This document shows, in pieces, positions 37,332 to 46,791 of a stretch of DNA of 60,263 nt. Position 1 is the first letter of the stretch. Each line of letters starts with the position of its first letter. The translations under genes were made by a program, and so were the position numbers. This DNA comes from a virus (taxonomy: Duplodnaviria; Caudoviricetes): the IMG/VR virus record IMGVR_UViG_3300044724_009327, positions 1 to 60,263 of that record. One strand, 5' to 3'. The notes under the pieces were generated by a model, which was given only the letters and a program-made list of their open reading frames with translations, was not told where the DNA came from and did not search any database.

Positions 37332-37617
37332 TTAAGTTTGTTGACTAACAATCAATAGATGCTGAAGACCTGGGTGCAATTCCCAGCCACTCCACCATTT
37401 AAGCAATGAAACTTGAGGGGTGGAATTAGGATCGATTCACATTGAAACTTGTTACGAGAACTTCCAGTAGGCACGAGGTAACGTCCAGTTTTTAAATGCA
37501 AACAAAAAAGCATTAGGATTTGCTGACTTAACAGTTGGTATGTCTGAATTGAGATTAGCGGCGTAATAACCGTTTATTTCAGGGGCGGCCCCTGCCTTGC
37601 AACAGAAGTGGGGCACT
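37332..37617 (+). ncRNA. ssrA: Circularly permuted two-piece tmRNA
   Basis: T-arm CTGGG-TGCAATT-CCCAG and CCACTCC-A-CCA (37370-37397) precede GGGGTGG (37417-37423), giving a 7-bp acceptor stem with G3:U70; TAAAT then tag ANKKALGFADLTVGMSELRLAA-stop (37498-37566). Confidence 0.92.
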
Positions 37618-37628
37618 TAAATAGTGTT

Positions 37629-37838
37629 ATGTTCAAATTATTTGCAGTCATGTGTTTCCTGGTCAACGGTGCGACCGAATGCACACCCTACAACGACAGT
37701 GAAGGAAAAATCTACCAGACATTGTCGGAGTGTGAGAAGGACGCCCAGTACAGGTTCTACGGGCTCACGGACATTTTCACCCGTTATGAACAGCCTTACG
37801 AGCAGATCCTCATAGGTTGCGAAGAAATCAAAGACTAG
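37629..37838 (+). CDS. Small four-Cys protein
   Basis: Start MFKLFAV 5 nt after TAAATA; paralog-like to 36333-36545. Confidence 0.6.
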   Translation: MFKLFAVMCFLVNGATECTPYNDSEGKIYQTLSECEKDAQYRFYGLTDIFTRYEQPYEQILIGCEEIKD

Positions 37839-38404
37839 TTCTTTACAGCGTACCAGACATCCTTGCCAGTGACCCTGTGGTTCTCCCCAAATGCTTCTTG
37901 TACAGATTGCTTCACAGGAGTCCAGTTGTAGTCATCGCCCATGGAATACCCTCCGCTTTTTAACTTGGGTAGATAGGCTTCTATCTCATTTTTAACAAAA
38001 GGATAGGAATGGTCTGAGTCGTGGAATATGAAATCCATTGAGTTATCTGGGATTTGATCAATAATATTCAATGACCTGCCTTTAATGATATTAATCCTAT
38101 CTCCCCATTGCTCTGCTTCTTTCCTGAACCTCTGTTCGTTGGCATTATGATTCCACACCTGTCCTTCGTGCTTGAACTCCTCTAGCCTGACTAATTTGCC
38201 ACCTTTGAACACCGGCTTCTTGTTGTACTGCCAGTCGTACTCAGGATTGTCATTTTGTACCTCCCAAGCGTCAACGCAGGTCATGTTCACAGACGTGTGC
38301 TTCATCAACCAGAAAGTTGTTACTCCCACCCAAACGCCCAGTTCCAACCCCTGTTGCCAATTGTGTTGCTGTGCAAATTTTGTTATTACTCTATATCTGT
38401 CCAT
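37835..38404 (-). CDS. Class I SAM methyltransferase (Methyltransf_24-like)
   Basis: LELGVWVG, DFIFHDSDHSY, LKSGG..GDDY. Confidence 0.8.
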   Translation of the reverse strand: MDRYRVITKFAQQHNWQQGLELGVWVGVTTFWLMKHTSVNMTCVDAWEVQNDNPEYDWQYNKKPVFKGGKLVRLEEFKHEGQVWNHNANEQRFRKEAEQWGDRINIIKGRSLNIIDQIPDNSMDFIFHDSDHSYPFVKNEIEAYLPKLKSGGYSMGDDYNWTPVKQSVQEAFGENHRVTGKDVWYAVKN

Positions 38405-39093
38405 GTTGTCTCCACTGTTTTATTTTTACCCCTGGTACCTTTCTCATGGTATATCAGACATTGGTTGTGCTGTTTTAGATCGTCCTCGGTCTTTACATCA
38501 TAGTGTCTGATCCACTCCCCGTTTCTAAGTTCTGTGTATGGTAACTCTTTAAAAAACTGTTTGATAACTTTTTGGTCAACTCCTATCATGTCTGTGTGTT
38601 GGATATCACTTGCCATTTGTTTAGCGGCTTCTAGTGACTCTTTTCTTCTGCTTGGATGAAAATGGCAGAACGTGGCCATGAGCCTACCATTGTATGTTGT
38701 GAAGGCCATGTCCTTGACCAAGTGTTGGTGTTGTGATTCACTCGGTTGTTTCAGTGCATATGAATCAACATCGGCAACAATTACGTGTTGATTGCTTCGT
38801 ACTTTGTGTCCTAGTAGTATGAAACGTTGTGCTTGGCAGTAGGTCACATAGGAGTATGGCCATTTCAATATGCTGTCGTTGGTTTCACAATGCGTGTAGG
38901 AAACATCAAGTTTTTCAAGTCTTTGCAAAGATTGGGCAGATGGATCAACCACATGAACGTGTATTGGTAGTTGCCATTTTTCTGTGAATGTCTTGTAGAA
39001 TCTTGGAAAGTACTTGTTGAAATACTTCTCATCACAGGAAGTCAGTATGAATTCATCATACATGGGCCATTCGCCTAGGACATCTTTGAACAT
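38386..39093 (-). CDS. Putative GT-A-like glycosyltransferase
   Basis: ADVD DxD motif, DQ motif, HEKG. Confidence 0.45.
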   Translation of the reverse strand: MFKDVLGEWPMYDEFILTSCDEKYFNKYFPRFYKTFTEKWQLPIHVHVVDPSAQSLQRLEKLDVSYTHCETNDSILKWPYSYVTYCQAQRFILLGHKVRSNQHVIVADVDSYALKQPSESQHQHLVKDMAFTTYNGRLMATFCHFHPSRRKESLEAAKQMASDIQHTDMIGVDQKVIKQFFKELPYTELRNGEWIRHYDVKTEDDLKQHNQCLIYHEKGTRGKNKTVETTWTDIE

Positions 39094-40337
39094 TAACTTA
39101 AGGTGTCAGCGGATTGGTTTAGATCTAGTGCCTGAGATATTTGTCTTCGGTCTTCGTCGTTCATGTTTTCAAGCAACAGTTCACTCTGTGTGTAGATTTC
39201 TCTGTTCGCTATGGGTATTTTCAGTTGCTGGCATGACTGCGTCACTATCTCGTCCACTGTCAATCTATCAAAACCCGCCGTGTCTATCCTGCTGTCACGT
39301 TTGGCCTTGTTCGCGACCGCAAATATGTCTAGTGGGTCTTGTACATCAGGCAGTCCCGAGTTGGTGTAGATGGTGTTGATCATAGCCTCTTTTTCTGAAT
39401 CACTGTTTGTCGTGTATATAGGATTGAGTGATGCGAAGTTTTCTTTGTAGGTCTTGTAGTAGTTGACCCATTCTGGTGCCTGTGCCACTTTAGATAGTAG
39501 TTCAGCCATCTCGTCATTACTGCCCATTCCTGCATAGTTCTGCACATCTATTAGGCTTTGTATGTAATCTCTCAAGGTCACAAGGTTTGCGTTCTCCAGT
39601 GATACTTGTTTTTCTATTTTTATTTCTGCTGATGCCAACTGGTCACGTTTGGCCAGGAAAGTGTTTGTGTTCAAACCATTGTTGAGGTTGGTGTGTGCAG
39701 TCGCCACAGCAGTTTGAAGTGGAGTCAGCAATGGTGTCCTGTGTTCAATGTCTGTACTGTCATCGGTAAGGCTGTTTATGTGCGCCTTCAAGTTGTCATA
39801 TGCAGTCTCCAAAGCGGTCTCCTCTGATAGATTGAATCCAACTATGAAGTCTACAGATTCCTTGAGCATGGTCATTGCCGGCAGAGTACTGCCATCATTA
39901 GACTCTAGTAAAATATTGTTGAGAGTACCCAAGTGATCATTGACACTTCTCGATTTGTCTTTGGCCGTGCCTCCGTACATCAATGGAATGATCCCTTGCA
40001 GTGATTGAACACTGCTTAATATCTCGTCGAAAGTACCTGGTGTTGGGTTCAATGCATCTGTGATCGGAAGTATGCTACCGTCGATTATGCTTTTGGTGTG
40101 TCGCAATAGATCACCCAACAGGCGTCCTAAATTAAGATAGGGAACATTGTTGATAGCATCTTTGATATCATTCTTCTGTGACAGGGAAAGCACACCGTTG
40201 GCAGTGATCACAGCATCCAATTCAAAACTTTTGATAACCCAACCCACTTTGATCTGGTTCACTGAATTCTCTATCGCTTGGTCTGAGAAGTTGGGTGAGA
40301 TATCTATGAGGGTGCTGAGTCCTTTTTTAATGGCCAT
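39093..40337 (-). CDS. Hypothetical late protein (possibly baseplate/tail associated)
   Basis: Co-transcribed after PAAR gene. Confidence 0.55.
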   Translation of the reverse strand: MAIKKGLSTLIDISPNFSDQAIENSVNQIKVGWVIKSFELDAVITANGVLSLSQKNDIKDAINNVPYLNLGRLLGDLLRHTKSIIDGSILPITDALNPTPGTFDEILSSVQSLQGIIPLMYGGTAKDKSRSVNDHLGTLNNILLESNDGSTLPAMTMLKESVDFIVGFNLSEETALETAYDNLKAHINSLTDDSTDIEHRTPLLTPLQTAVATAHTNLNNGLNTNTFLAKRDQLASAEIKIEKQVSLENANLVTLRDYIQSLIDVQNYAGMGSNDEMAELLSKVAQAPEWVNYYKTYKENFASLNPIYTTNSDSEKEAMINTIYTNSGLPDVQDPLDIFAVANKAKRDSRIDTAGFDRLTVDEIVTQSCQQLKIPIANREIYTQSELLLENMNDEDRRQISQALDLNQSADTLS

Positions 40338-40339
40338 TG

Positions 40340-40645
40340 TTAGCCTCCCGCGAAAACTGTGGTTGCACCTTTGTACATCATGCCCTGGTCCGTGCTGTCA
40401 CCTATCCTCGCCGATGGTATGCCTTTTACGAAAACACTCATGGAGCCTCTGTTGACTCTGGCACCCAAGTGGGGTATACAGTACTTGCCAAACAGTATCG
40501 TGTGGAAGGCGACCTTATCACCCATAACTAGGTTTGGCTTGCCCTCAGAAAACACATCGAATTGTCTGGCTATAACAGGTGCTGTGAAAGAACATAGGTG
40601 TCCTGTAAAACACTTATCACCCATTCTTGACATTGGACTTGACAT
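40340..40645 (-). CDS. PAAR-domain spike tip protein
   Basis: RMGD..H, GSMSVFVKGIPSARIGD, G-x-TTVFAG; TATAAATA at 40654-40661. Confidence 0.85.
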   Translation of the reverse strand: MSSPMSRMGDKCFTGHLCSFTAPVIARQFDVFSEGKPNLVMGDKVAFHTILFGKYCIPHLGARVNRGSMSVFVKGIPSARIGDSTDQGMMYKGATTVFAGG

Positions 40646-40681
40646 AATGCTTGTATTTATAGGTTTAGAAAACCGCTCGTA

Positions 40682-41782
40682 TTATAATTTAAACTTGGAG
40701 AATTGGCCTTTCTTGACATCCTGTTTGATGCCGCCAACTATGTATGACTCTACTTCTGTTTCCTGTGGTGCGACCTGCATACCTTTTGAACTCAACCAGT
40801 GCTGTGTCCATGGCAGTGGATTCTGCGATGCTGAAACATCGTATAATGGATCATATCCCAGTGCCCTCAGCCTCTTGTTGGCAATCCACTCAACGTAGTT
40901 GCCCAACAGTTTCTCATTGAGTCCTATTATAGATCCATCCTTGAACAGGTACTTGGCCCATGCTTTCTCTTCCTCGACACAGTCCTTGAACATCTGTATC
41001 ACTGTCTTCTCCGTGCCTTTCATGGCCTTGGTCATTTCTGGGTCATCACCCTTTTGCCATGCCTTGATCACGTGTGTGGAAAGATTTAAATGTGTTGCTT
41101 CGTCCCTTGCTATCAATGAGAGGATCTTTGCCGAACCTTCCATCAGTTTGAGTTCGCCGAATGCGAATGTGCAGGCGAATGATATGTAGAACCTTAGACC
41201 TTCTAGCAGGTTAACTGTGTTCATTGCCAGGTAAAGTTGTTTCTTGAGAGCAATCATATCCACTTTCTTGCCCACAGCATGATCCAATGCCATCTTGCCA
41301 AACTTGTCATATTCCCCTGTGACGCTTTTTGCTCTCTTCAGAATCTCTTTGTCGTCTAGTATCGTGTCAAAAACTTCTGAAGGATCTGAGTAAACGTTCT
41401 TCATGATGTGTGTGTATGAACGTGAGTGTATAGTTTCAAAGAAATCCCAAGTCACTATGCAACCTTCCAGTTCTGGATTGCTAACATATGGCAAGAACAT
41501 AAGACTTGGTCCTCTGCCCTGCACACTGTCCAGCAGTGTTTGATATTTCAAGTTTGATGTGAATATGTGTTTCTGTTCTGGTCTGAAGTTCTGGAAGTCC
41601 GCTCTGTCCTTCTGCAAACTAACTTCCTCAGGCCTCCAAAAGTAACCTATCATTGTTTGATTCAATTTGTCGAACTGTGGATACTTGAACTCGTCGTATC
41701 TCTGCACGCCGCCATCCTCACCAAAGAACATAGGTTGTTTAGTGAAGTCAACTTTGGCCCGGTTAAAAACTGTTTTCGTCAT
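40682..41782 (-). CDS. nrdB: Ribonucleotide reductase class Ia beta subunit
   Basis: FWRPEEV, ETIHSRSY, LEGLRFY, RDEATH, VAPQETE. Confidence 0.97.
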   Translation of the reverse strand: MTKTVFNRAKVDFTKQPMFFGEDGGVQRYDEFKYPQFDKLNQTMIGYFWRPEEVSLQKDRADFQNFRPEQKHIFTSNLKYQTLLDSVQGRGPSLMFLPYVSNPELEGCIVTWDFFETIHSRSYTHIMKNVYSDPSEVFDTILDDKEILKRAKSVTGEYDKFGKMALDHAVGKKVDMIALKKQLYLAMNTVNLLEGLRFYISFACTFAFGELKLMEGSAKILSLIARDEATHLNLSTHVIKAWQKGDDPEMTKAMKGTEKTVIQMFKDCVEEEKAWAKYLFKDGSIIGLNEKLLGNYVEWIANKRLRALGYDPLYDVSASQNPLPWTQHWLSSKGMQVAPQETEVESYIVGGIKQDVKKGQFSKFKL

Positions 41783-41797
41783 AATAATTCTTCGATG

Positions 41798-44200
41798 TTA
41801 GATTGTACAGGCGTCGCACTCACCGTCGTCTGCGGTACTACTTATCTGCTCGACTGGATTTTCAGGTTCGAGAATAACATCCTCTCCGTCGTCCTCCAGT
41901 TGTGTGGCAATACCCGCTGGTTGTACATCCTCTTCCTCCCCTTTGAAATCGTATGTGTTCTGATAATAACTTGTCTTCCACCCATATTTGTATGCTGTCA
42001 GCATGTCTTGTGCCATGGCCGAAAGAGGCACTTCGTTGTTTTCATGGTGTAATGGGTTGTAACTCCAGTTGCCCGATATGGCCTGATCAAAGTACTTCTG
42101 CATCATCGCCACAACATTGATGTAACCTGTGTTGTTGGGCATGTCCCACAACAGTGTATAATCATTTTTAAGTTTAGGGAACCCTGGTGCTATCTGCTTC
42201 AGTGGACCTTTCTTGCTTTTCTTGATTGCCATCAATGCTCTCGGTGGCTCAATACCATTTGTCTCGTTTGAAACCACAGAACTACTCTCACTTGGCATCT
42301 GTGCTGACAGTGTGCTGTGTCTCAGTCCATACTTGGCAATGTCTTTCCTTAGACTCTCCCATGCCATTCTCTGTTTGTGTGGCACGATCTCATCGATCTC
42401 TTTCTTGTAGTGATCTATTGGAAGTAGGCCGTCTGCGTATTTCGTTCTCTCGAATCCTTCACATTTGCCTTTCTCCATTGCTATGTTGCAACTTGCTCTA
42501 AGAAGATTGTATTGGAATGCTTCTGTGAGTCTGTCGACTATGTCCCATGCTTTTGGATCTGAATACTTGACACCATTCTTTGCTAGGTAGTGTGCCAGTC
42601 CAATATATCCAATTCCTAAACTTCTTCTTTTCTTTGTGCTTACTTCCGCCGCTTTAACTGGATAATCTTGATAGTCTATAATTTGTTCCAGTGCTCTAAC
42701 ACTTAGGTCACATATATTTTCTAGTTCACTTAAATCATTCAGGCCTCCTACATTGACCGCTGAAAGAATACAAAGTGCAATCTCTCCCTGATCATCGTGG
42801 ATGTCTTGTATGGGTGTAGTGGGTAGAGTGATCTCTTGACACAGATTACTCATTGAAACTTTATCTTTGAATGAACTGTGTGAGTTACAGTGATCCAAGT
42901 TCATTATGTAGATACGTCCTGTCTCTGCTCTCTCTTTCAACAAGTCAAAGAACAAGTCTTGTGCTGGTACCGTTTTCTTTGGAATAGTTTTGTCTGCTTC
43001 GTATTTCAAGTAAAGGTCATCAAACTCCTCTGTTCCAAACGCATCGTAGAGTCCAGGTGCCTGGTGTGGAGAAATCAAAGTGATGTCTTCCTCGTTCATG
43101 AATCTCTCATAGAACAGTTTACTGATCTGTATGGAGTAATCCATACGTCTAACTCTGTTGTCCTCTGTGCCTTTGTTGTTTTTCAATACTAGGATGTCTT
43201 CAATCTCTGGGTGCCATATGGGAAAGTGTACAGTTGCGTTTCCGCCACGCACACCATTCTGCGTACAACATCTCACAGTGGATTCGAATTTCTTTAGGAA
43301 CGGAATGACTCCTGTGTGTTGGACCTCCCCTCCCCTTATTTTAGAGTTGATACCTCTGATACGTCCTGCGTTGATTCCTATGCCTGCTCTCCTGGCAACG
43401 TATAAACCAATGGCCATGTCACTTGAGAAGATTGAAGGAAGTGTGTCGTCACTGTCTACTAGAACGCAAGAAGCAAATTGTCTTATTGGAGTTCTCACAC
43501 CCGCCATCACTGGAGTTGGTATGTTTATTTTGTGTAAAGATATTGCATCGTAATATTTTTTAACATAACTCATTCTGGTCTTTGTTGGATATCCTGCGAA
43601 AAGAGTTGCCGCGATCATCATGTACATGTCCTGTGGTGTCTCATACAGTTGTCCTGTGCTTCTGTCCTGCACAAGGTACTTGTCACATATCTGTCTAAGT
43701 CCTGCGTATGTGAATTTTAGATCCCTGTCTCTCTTGATCCATGTGTTGAATTTTTTAATCTCTGTTTTGTTGTACTGTTCGAGTATTCCTTTGTCATACA
43801 CACCCAGTCTAATGTTCCTCAGAATAAGTTTTAATAATGGAATGTATTCGTACTGTCCGTGTGCTTCCTTCCTTACATCATAGGAAAGTAATCTCGCCGC
43901 CGCATACTGATAGTTGGGCGACTCTAAACTGATCAAGTCATTTGCTGAACGCACTAAAACATTCTGAATGTCCTTGGTTGTCATGCCATCATAGAACTGT
44001 ATGTTGGCATTCATCTCTATCTGTGAGCTCGATACTCCTGCCAGTCCTTCGCAGGCCTCTTCTACTACGAAATGTATTTTGTTGATGTCAAGTGGTTCTA
44101 GTCTGCCGTCTCTCTTTTGAACTTGGATCGTACTGGAGTTTGTGTTCGGCATTAAATATTTGTAATTCTTGTTTTTGATTTTTGTTTTTATTGTATCCAT
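41798..44200 (-). CDS. nrdA: Ribonucleotide reductase class Ia alpha subunit
   Basis: ATP cone KRDG, PTP, SCVL, SNLCQEI, KTSYY, C-terminal CDAC; start may be MPNT at 44152. Confidence 0.97.
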   Translation of the reverse strand: MDTIKTKIKNKNYKYLMPNTNSSTIQVQKRDGRLEPLDINKIHFVVEEACEGLAGVSSSQIEMNANIQFYDGMTTKDIQNVLVRSANDLISLESPNYQYAAARLLSYDVRKEAHGQYEYIPLLKLILRNIRLGVYDKGILEQYNKTEIKKFNTWIKRDRDLKFTYAGLRQICDKYLVQDRSTGQLYETPQDMYMMIAATLFAGYPTKTRMSYVKKYYDAISLHKINIPTPVMAGVRTPIRQFASCVLVDSDDTLPSIFSSDMAIGLYVARRAGIGINAGRIRGINSKIRGGEVQHTGVIPFLKKFESTVRCCTQNGVRGGNATVHFPIWHPEIEDILVLKNNKGTEDNRVRRMDYSIQISKLFYERFMNEEDITLISPHQAPGLYDAFGTEEFDDLYLKYEADKTIPKKTVPAQDLFFDLLKERAETGRIYIMNLDHCNSHSSFKDKVSMSNLCQEITLPTTPIQDIHDDQGEIALCILSAVNVGGLNDLSELENICDLSVRALEQIIDYQDYPVKAAEVSTKKRRSLGIGYIGLAHYLAKNGVKYSDPKAWDIVDRLTEAFQYNLLRASCNIAMEKGKCEGFERTKYADGLLPIDHYKKEIDEIVPHKQRMAWESLRKDIAKYGLRHSTLSAQMPSESSSVVSNETNGIEPPRALMAIKKSKKGPLKQIAPGFPKLKNDYTLLWDMPNNTGYINVVAMMQKYFDQAISGNWSYNPLHHENNEVPLSAMAQDMLTAYKYGWKTSYYQNTYDFKGEEEDVQPAGIATQLEDDGEDVILEPENPVEQISSTADDGECDACTI

Positions 44201-44343
44201 ATTTATCTAAATCTGTGTTTATAACTTTTTTTATAAAAATTTGTCCTGCGTCTACGACTAAAACTGCTAGGTCGTTTTGCGTTTTTATAATGTACTAATA
44301 TTATGACAAAAAAAGTTTTTTGTCTAGTGAATTAAAAGTTATT

Positions 44344-44362
44344 TGTGGATAATTGTGGACAA
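44344..44362 (-). promoter_or_regulatory. Two tandem DnaA boxes upstream of nrdAB
   Basis: TTATCCACA (44344-44352, exact) and TTGTCCACA (44354-44362) just upstream of TAGACA-17-TAATAT. Confidence 0.6.
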
Positions 44363-44371
44363 CTTAAGGTA

Positions 44372-45973
44372 TTATGCTAGTATTGTTGTCTGGTAATCGA
44401 ACTTTGATGTGTGAGTCGCGTCGGTAGATGTGTACTGCAACTTGATTGTTTCGTTCCCTGCTGTGGAATCCTTGTTGTCAAGTACAGCAGAAAGTGTAAC
44501 GCCAACACTGGCACCGGCTTCAACGAAGTCGTCGGAGTAGGATATGTTGACTCCATCAGATGATATCGTCATCTCTCCTGTCCTTGTGTCTGCATTTCTT
44601 TCAATTTTGTATTTTACTGACAATCCCTTCTTGTTCAATCCAGGGAATTCGTTAATGGTGGCGGCCGTTGACTGATTGTTGTTTAAAGTAAATTGTTTGA
44701 TTGCTTTGGTTGTTACACCAATACCTTGCAACTCAGGTGCGGCGTTCATGTGTGAACTACCATCTGCTCTTCTTAGGTCTGTTCTTTCAAAGAAATCTAA
44801 AACTGATGAACATTCATCACCGTCAAACTGTATAACAGGAACTTCGTCGATTGATCCAATGCCTTTGTTGCTGTTGGCAACATCCTTGGCATACCAGTTG
44901 CCGGTTGAAATAACATTTCTTGGATAAACTGTTCCAGATGCATTCTTAGACCATAATGCTTGTTGATGTATAGTGCTCCAACTTGATCCTGAGAACTGTA
45001 CATCTCTTGGTCCTACGGTCAATCCGTTTGTTGTTCCGTCTAGTGTGCCACCAATTAATGCACCGTAGTATGATGTACTAAAATCACAGTCATTGAATCT
45101 TACATTTGTTACGTCATGACTCAGATCAACTAGTCTAGCAAATTTTGTAAACTGGCATTGATTGAAAATTATATGTGAGCTCTGTAATGCATTTGAAGAA
45201 GTCACTGTCACTCCTTTTGAAGTTGCCACGTCTGGACCACCTTGTGCATATGAACCTTCGAACATGCAGTTATTGAAATAAACTTTGTTGACCTTGTCCA
45301 TTGACACACCTGCATATGCAACAGAATTTTTAAGTGTCATGTTTGATATCTGAATCTGGTTGACTAGTGCAGTTATGCTCGCGCCAACGTTCTTTGCATT
45401 GTCCTGTGTGACCATGACGGCATTTGTTGCTCCTGAATTCCTTATTATGGTCTTCTCTGGACCTTCGCCTACCAAGTGTGCATATGGTGGTATCTTTAGT
45501 GCGGCAGTGATCTTGTACTTGCCTGCCGGAAAGAAAAGCACTCTCCTAGAGTTTGAATCCACCTTATCGGTTGCTGTGAATAGCTCATCAATTGCTGTTT
45601 GAATTGCTGTTGTGTCGTCTGTTGCCGCCGCGATCGTTGCCGCCGTGTCACCGTCACCTTTGGCTCCAAAATCTTTTACAGAAACATACTCGTCCAGTCT
45701 CTGTTGTAAAGCCCTTGATACAGAGGAAGTGATCGTAGTCGCATCTCCCAAGTAACCTTTGTAGATGTGTTGTAGTGCTGTGGTGAACGTTGAACTGCCT
45801 GAGGTCATGATCTCTGTGTTGCCCACTGCCGGAGCACCATCCGCCACTGTGCCGTTACCTATGTACAATCTCTGATCATCTATAGACCAACCCAGTTCTC
45901 CAGCCGCTAGTTGCGGTAGATCCGTTTGTTTACCTCTTCTATGTTGTATGCGGCTTATCTGAACTATGGGCAC
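44372..45973 (-). CDS. Virion protein with pectate-lyase-like beta-helix
   Basis: QISRIQHRRG..LPQLAAGELGW, VSVKDFGAKGDG..DDT-x-AIQ, FFPAGKY; TATAAATA at 46012-46019. Confidence 0.75.
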   Translation of the reverse strand: MPIVQISRIQHRRGKQTDLPQLAAGELGWSIDDQRLYIGNGTVADGAPAVGNTEIMTSGSSTFTTALQHIYKGYLGDATTITSSVSRALQQRLDEYVSVKDFGAKGDGDTAATIAAATDDTTAIQTAIDELFTATDKVDSNSRRVLFFPAGKYKITAALKIPPYAHLVGEGPEKTIIRNSGATNAVMVTQDNAKNVGASITALVNQIQISNMTLKNSVAYAGVSMDKVNKVYFNNCMFEGSYAQGGPDVATSKGVTVTSSNALQSSHIIFNQCQFTKFARLVDLSHDVTNVRFNDCDFSTSYYGALIGGTLDGTTNGLTVGPRDVQFSGSSWSTIHQQALWSKNASGTVYPRNVISTGNWYAKDVANSNKGIGSIDEVPVIQFDGDECSSVLDFFERTDLRRADGSSHMNAAPELQGIGVTTKAIKQFTLNNNQSTAATINEFPGLNKKGLSVKYKIERNADTRTGEMTISSDGVNISYSDDFVEAGASVGVTLSAVLDNKDSTAGNETIKLQYTSTDATHTSKFDYQTTILA

Positions 45974-46066
45974 GATTAATGATTTCCTTTAAATTTTGTT
46001 AACATTAGTTGTATTTATACAGTGATCCAAACACGCTTGCCGTCCCGCAAACCCCAGGTTTTGCCT

Positions 46067-46771
46067 TTACAATATCTTTTTGTAATATTCTTCCAGTTTT
46101 GCGTACCACTTGCCCGTCCACTTGTCGTAGTCGTCTATCTCGAACGTCTGGTATTCGTTGTTCTGTGTGCATATGAATATACGTCCGGTCTTGATCTGTG
46201 TGTCATACATCTTGTTATGGGCTTCGGAGTATGCGACTAACTGCAAAAAGTAATCTTCGACCCATTCCTTCTTCTTGAGCCTGCGTGATTGTTTGAAATC
46301 AAGTATCGCAGGCGCACCATTACACACACCAACAAGGTCTGTTGTACCTGCGTACAGTTCCGGATAGTACAGTGAAACCTCTGATCCCCACACCTCTGTG
46401 ACATTGTTCAATCCGTTGTCTATGATCACATTGGCCATCTGGTGTGCCTTCTGTTGTATTAGATTTGATCCCGGAGTCCTGTCTTCTCCCTTGACGTGTT
46501 TCTCGAGGCTTCGGTGCATGACAGTTCCTATGTTTGCTGACTCTGTTGTGATCTGTTGTGCCTTTTCCGCACCAATCCTCTTGCGCCATGCGTGTAGATG
46601 CGTCATGTCCTTGGTGGCAGATAGCACTGTGGTCACACTGGGCACTTGCCTGCCGTCGGGCGTCTCGTAGTGCCTCTTGCGGTCCTTTGTGACCCTCGCG
46701 AGCTCCCCGTACGGATATTTCTGATTATATACAATGCCCTTATCCACGAGGACATCCTTTGTTATTTTCAT
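46067..46771 (-). CDS. PD-(D/E)xK exonuclease (phage type)
   Basis: PSVTTVL, GT-x-MH, YAGTTD..LDFK, QL-x-AY. Confidence 0.85.
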   Translation of the reverse strand: MKITKDVLVDKGIVYNQKYPYGELARVTKDRKRHYETPDGRQVPSVTTVLSATKDMTHLHAWRKRIGAEKAQQITTESANIGTVMHRSLEKHVKGEDRTPGSNLIQQKAHQMANVIIDNGLNNVTEVWGSEVSLYYPELYAGTTDLVGVCNGAPAILDFKQSRRLKKKEWVEDYFLQLVAYSEAHNKMYDTQIKTGRIFICTQNNEYQTFEIDDYDKWTGKWYAKLEEYYKKIL

Positions 46772-46791
46772 ATAGATAATTATACATTATA

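Noticed and set aside
37364-37440. Stand-alone tRNA-Ala
   Set aside because: The halves are in reversed order, there is no anticodon arm and a tag ORF follows; it is the tRNA-like domain of a permuted tmRNA
46067-46771. Cas4 implying a CRISPR system
   Set aside because: Lacks the four-Cys cluster pattern, with no cas genes or array; ordinary phage exonuclease
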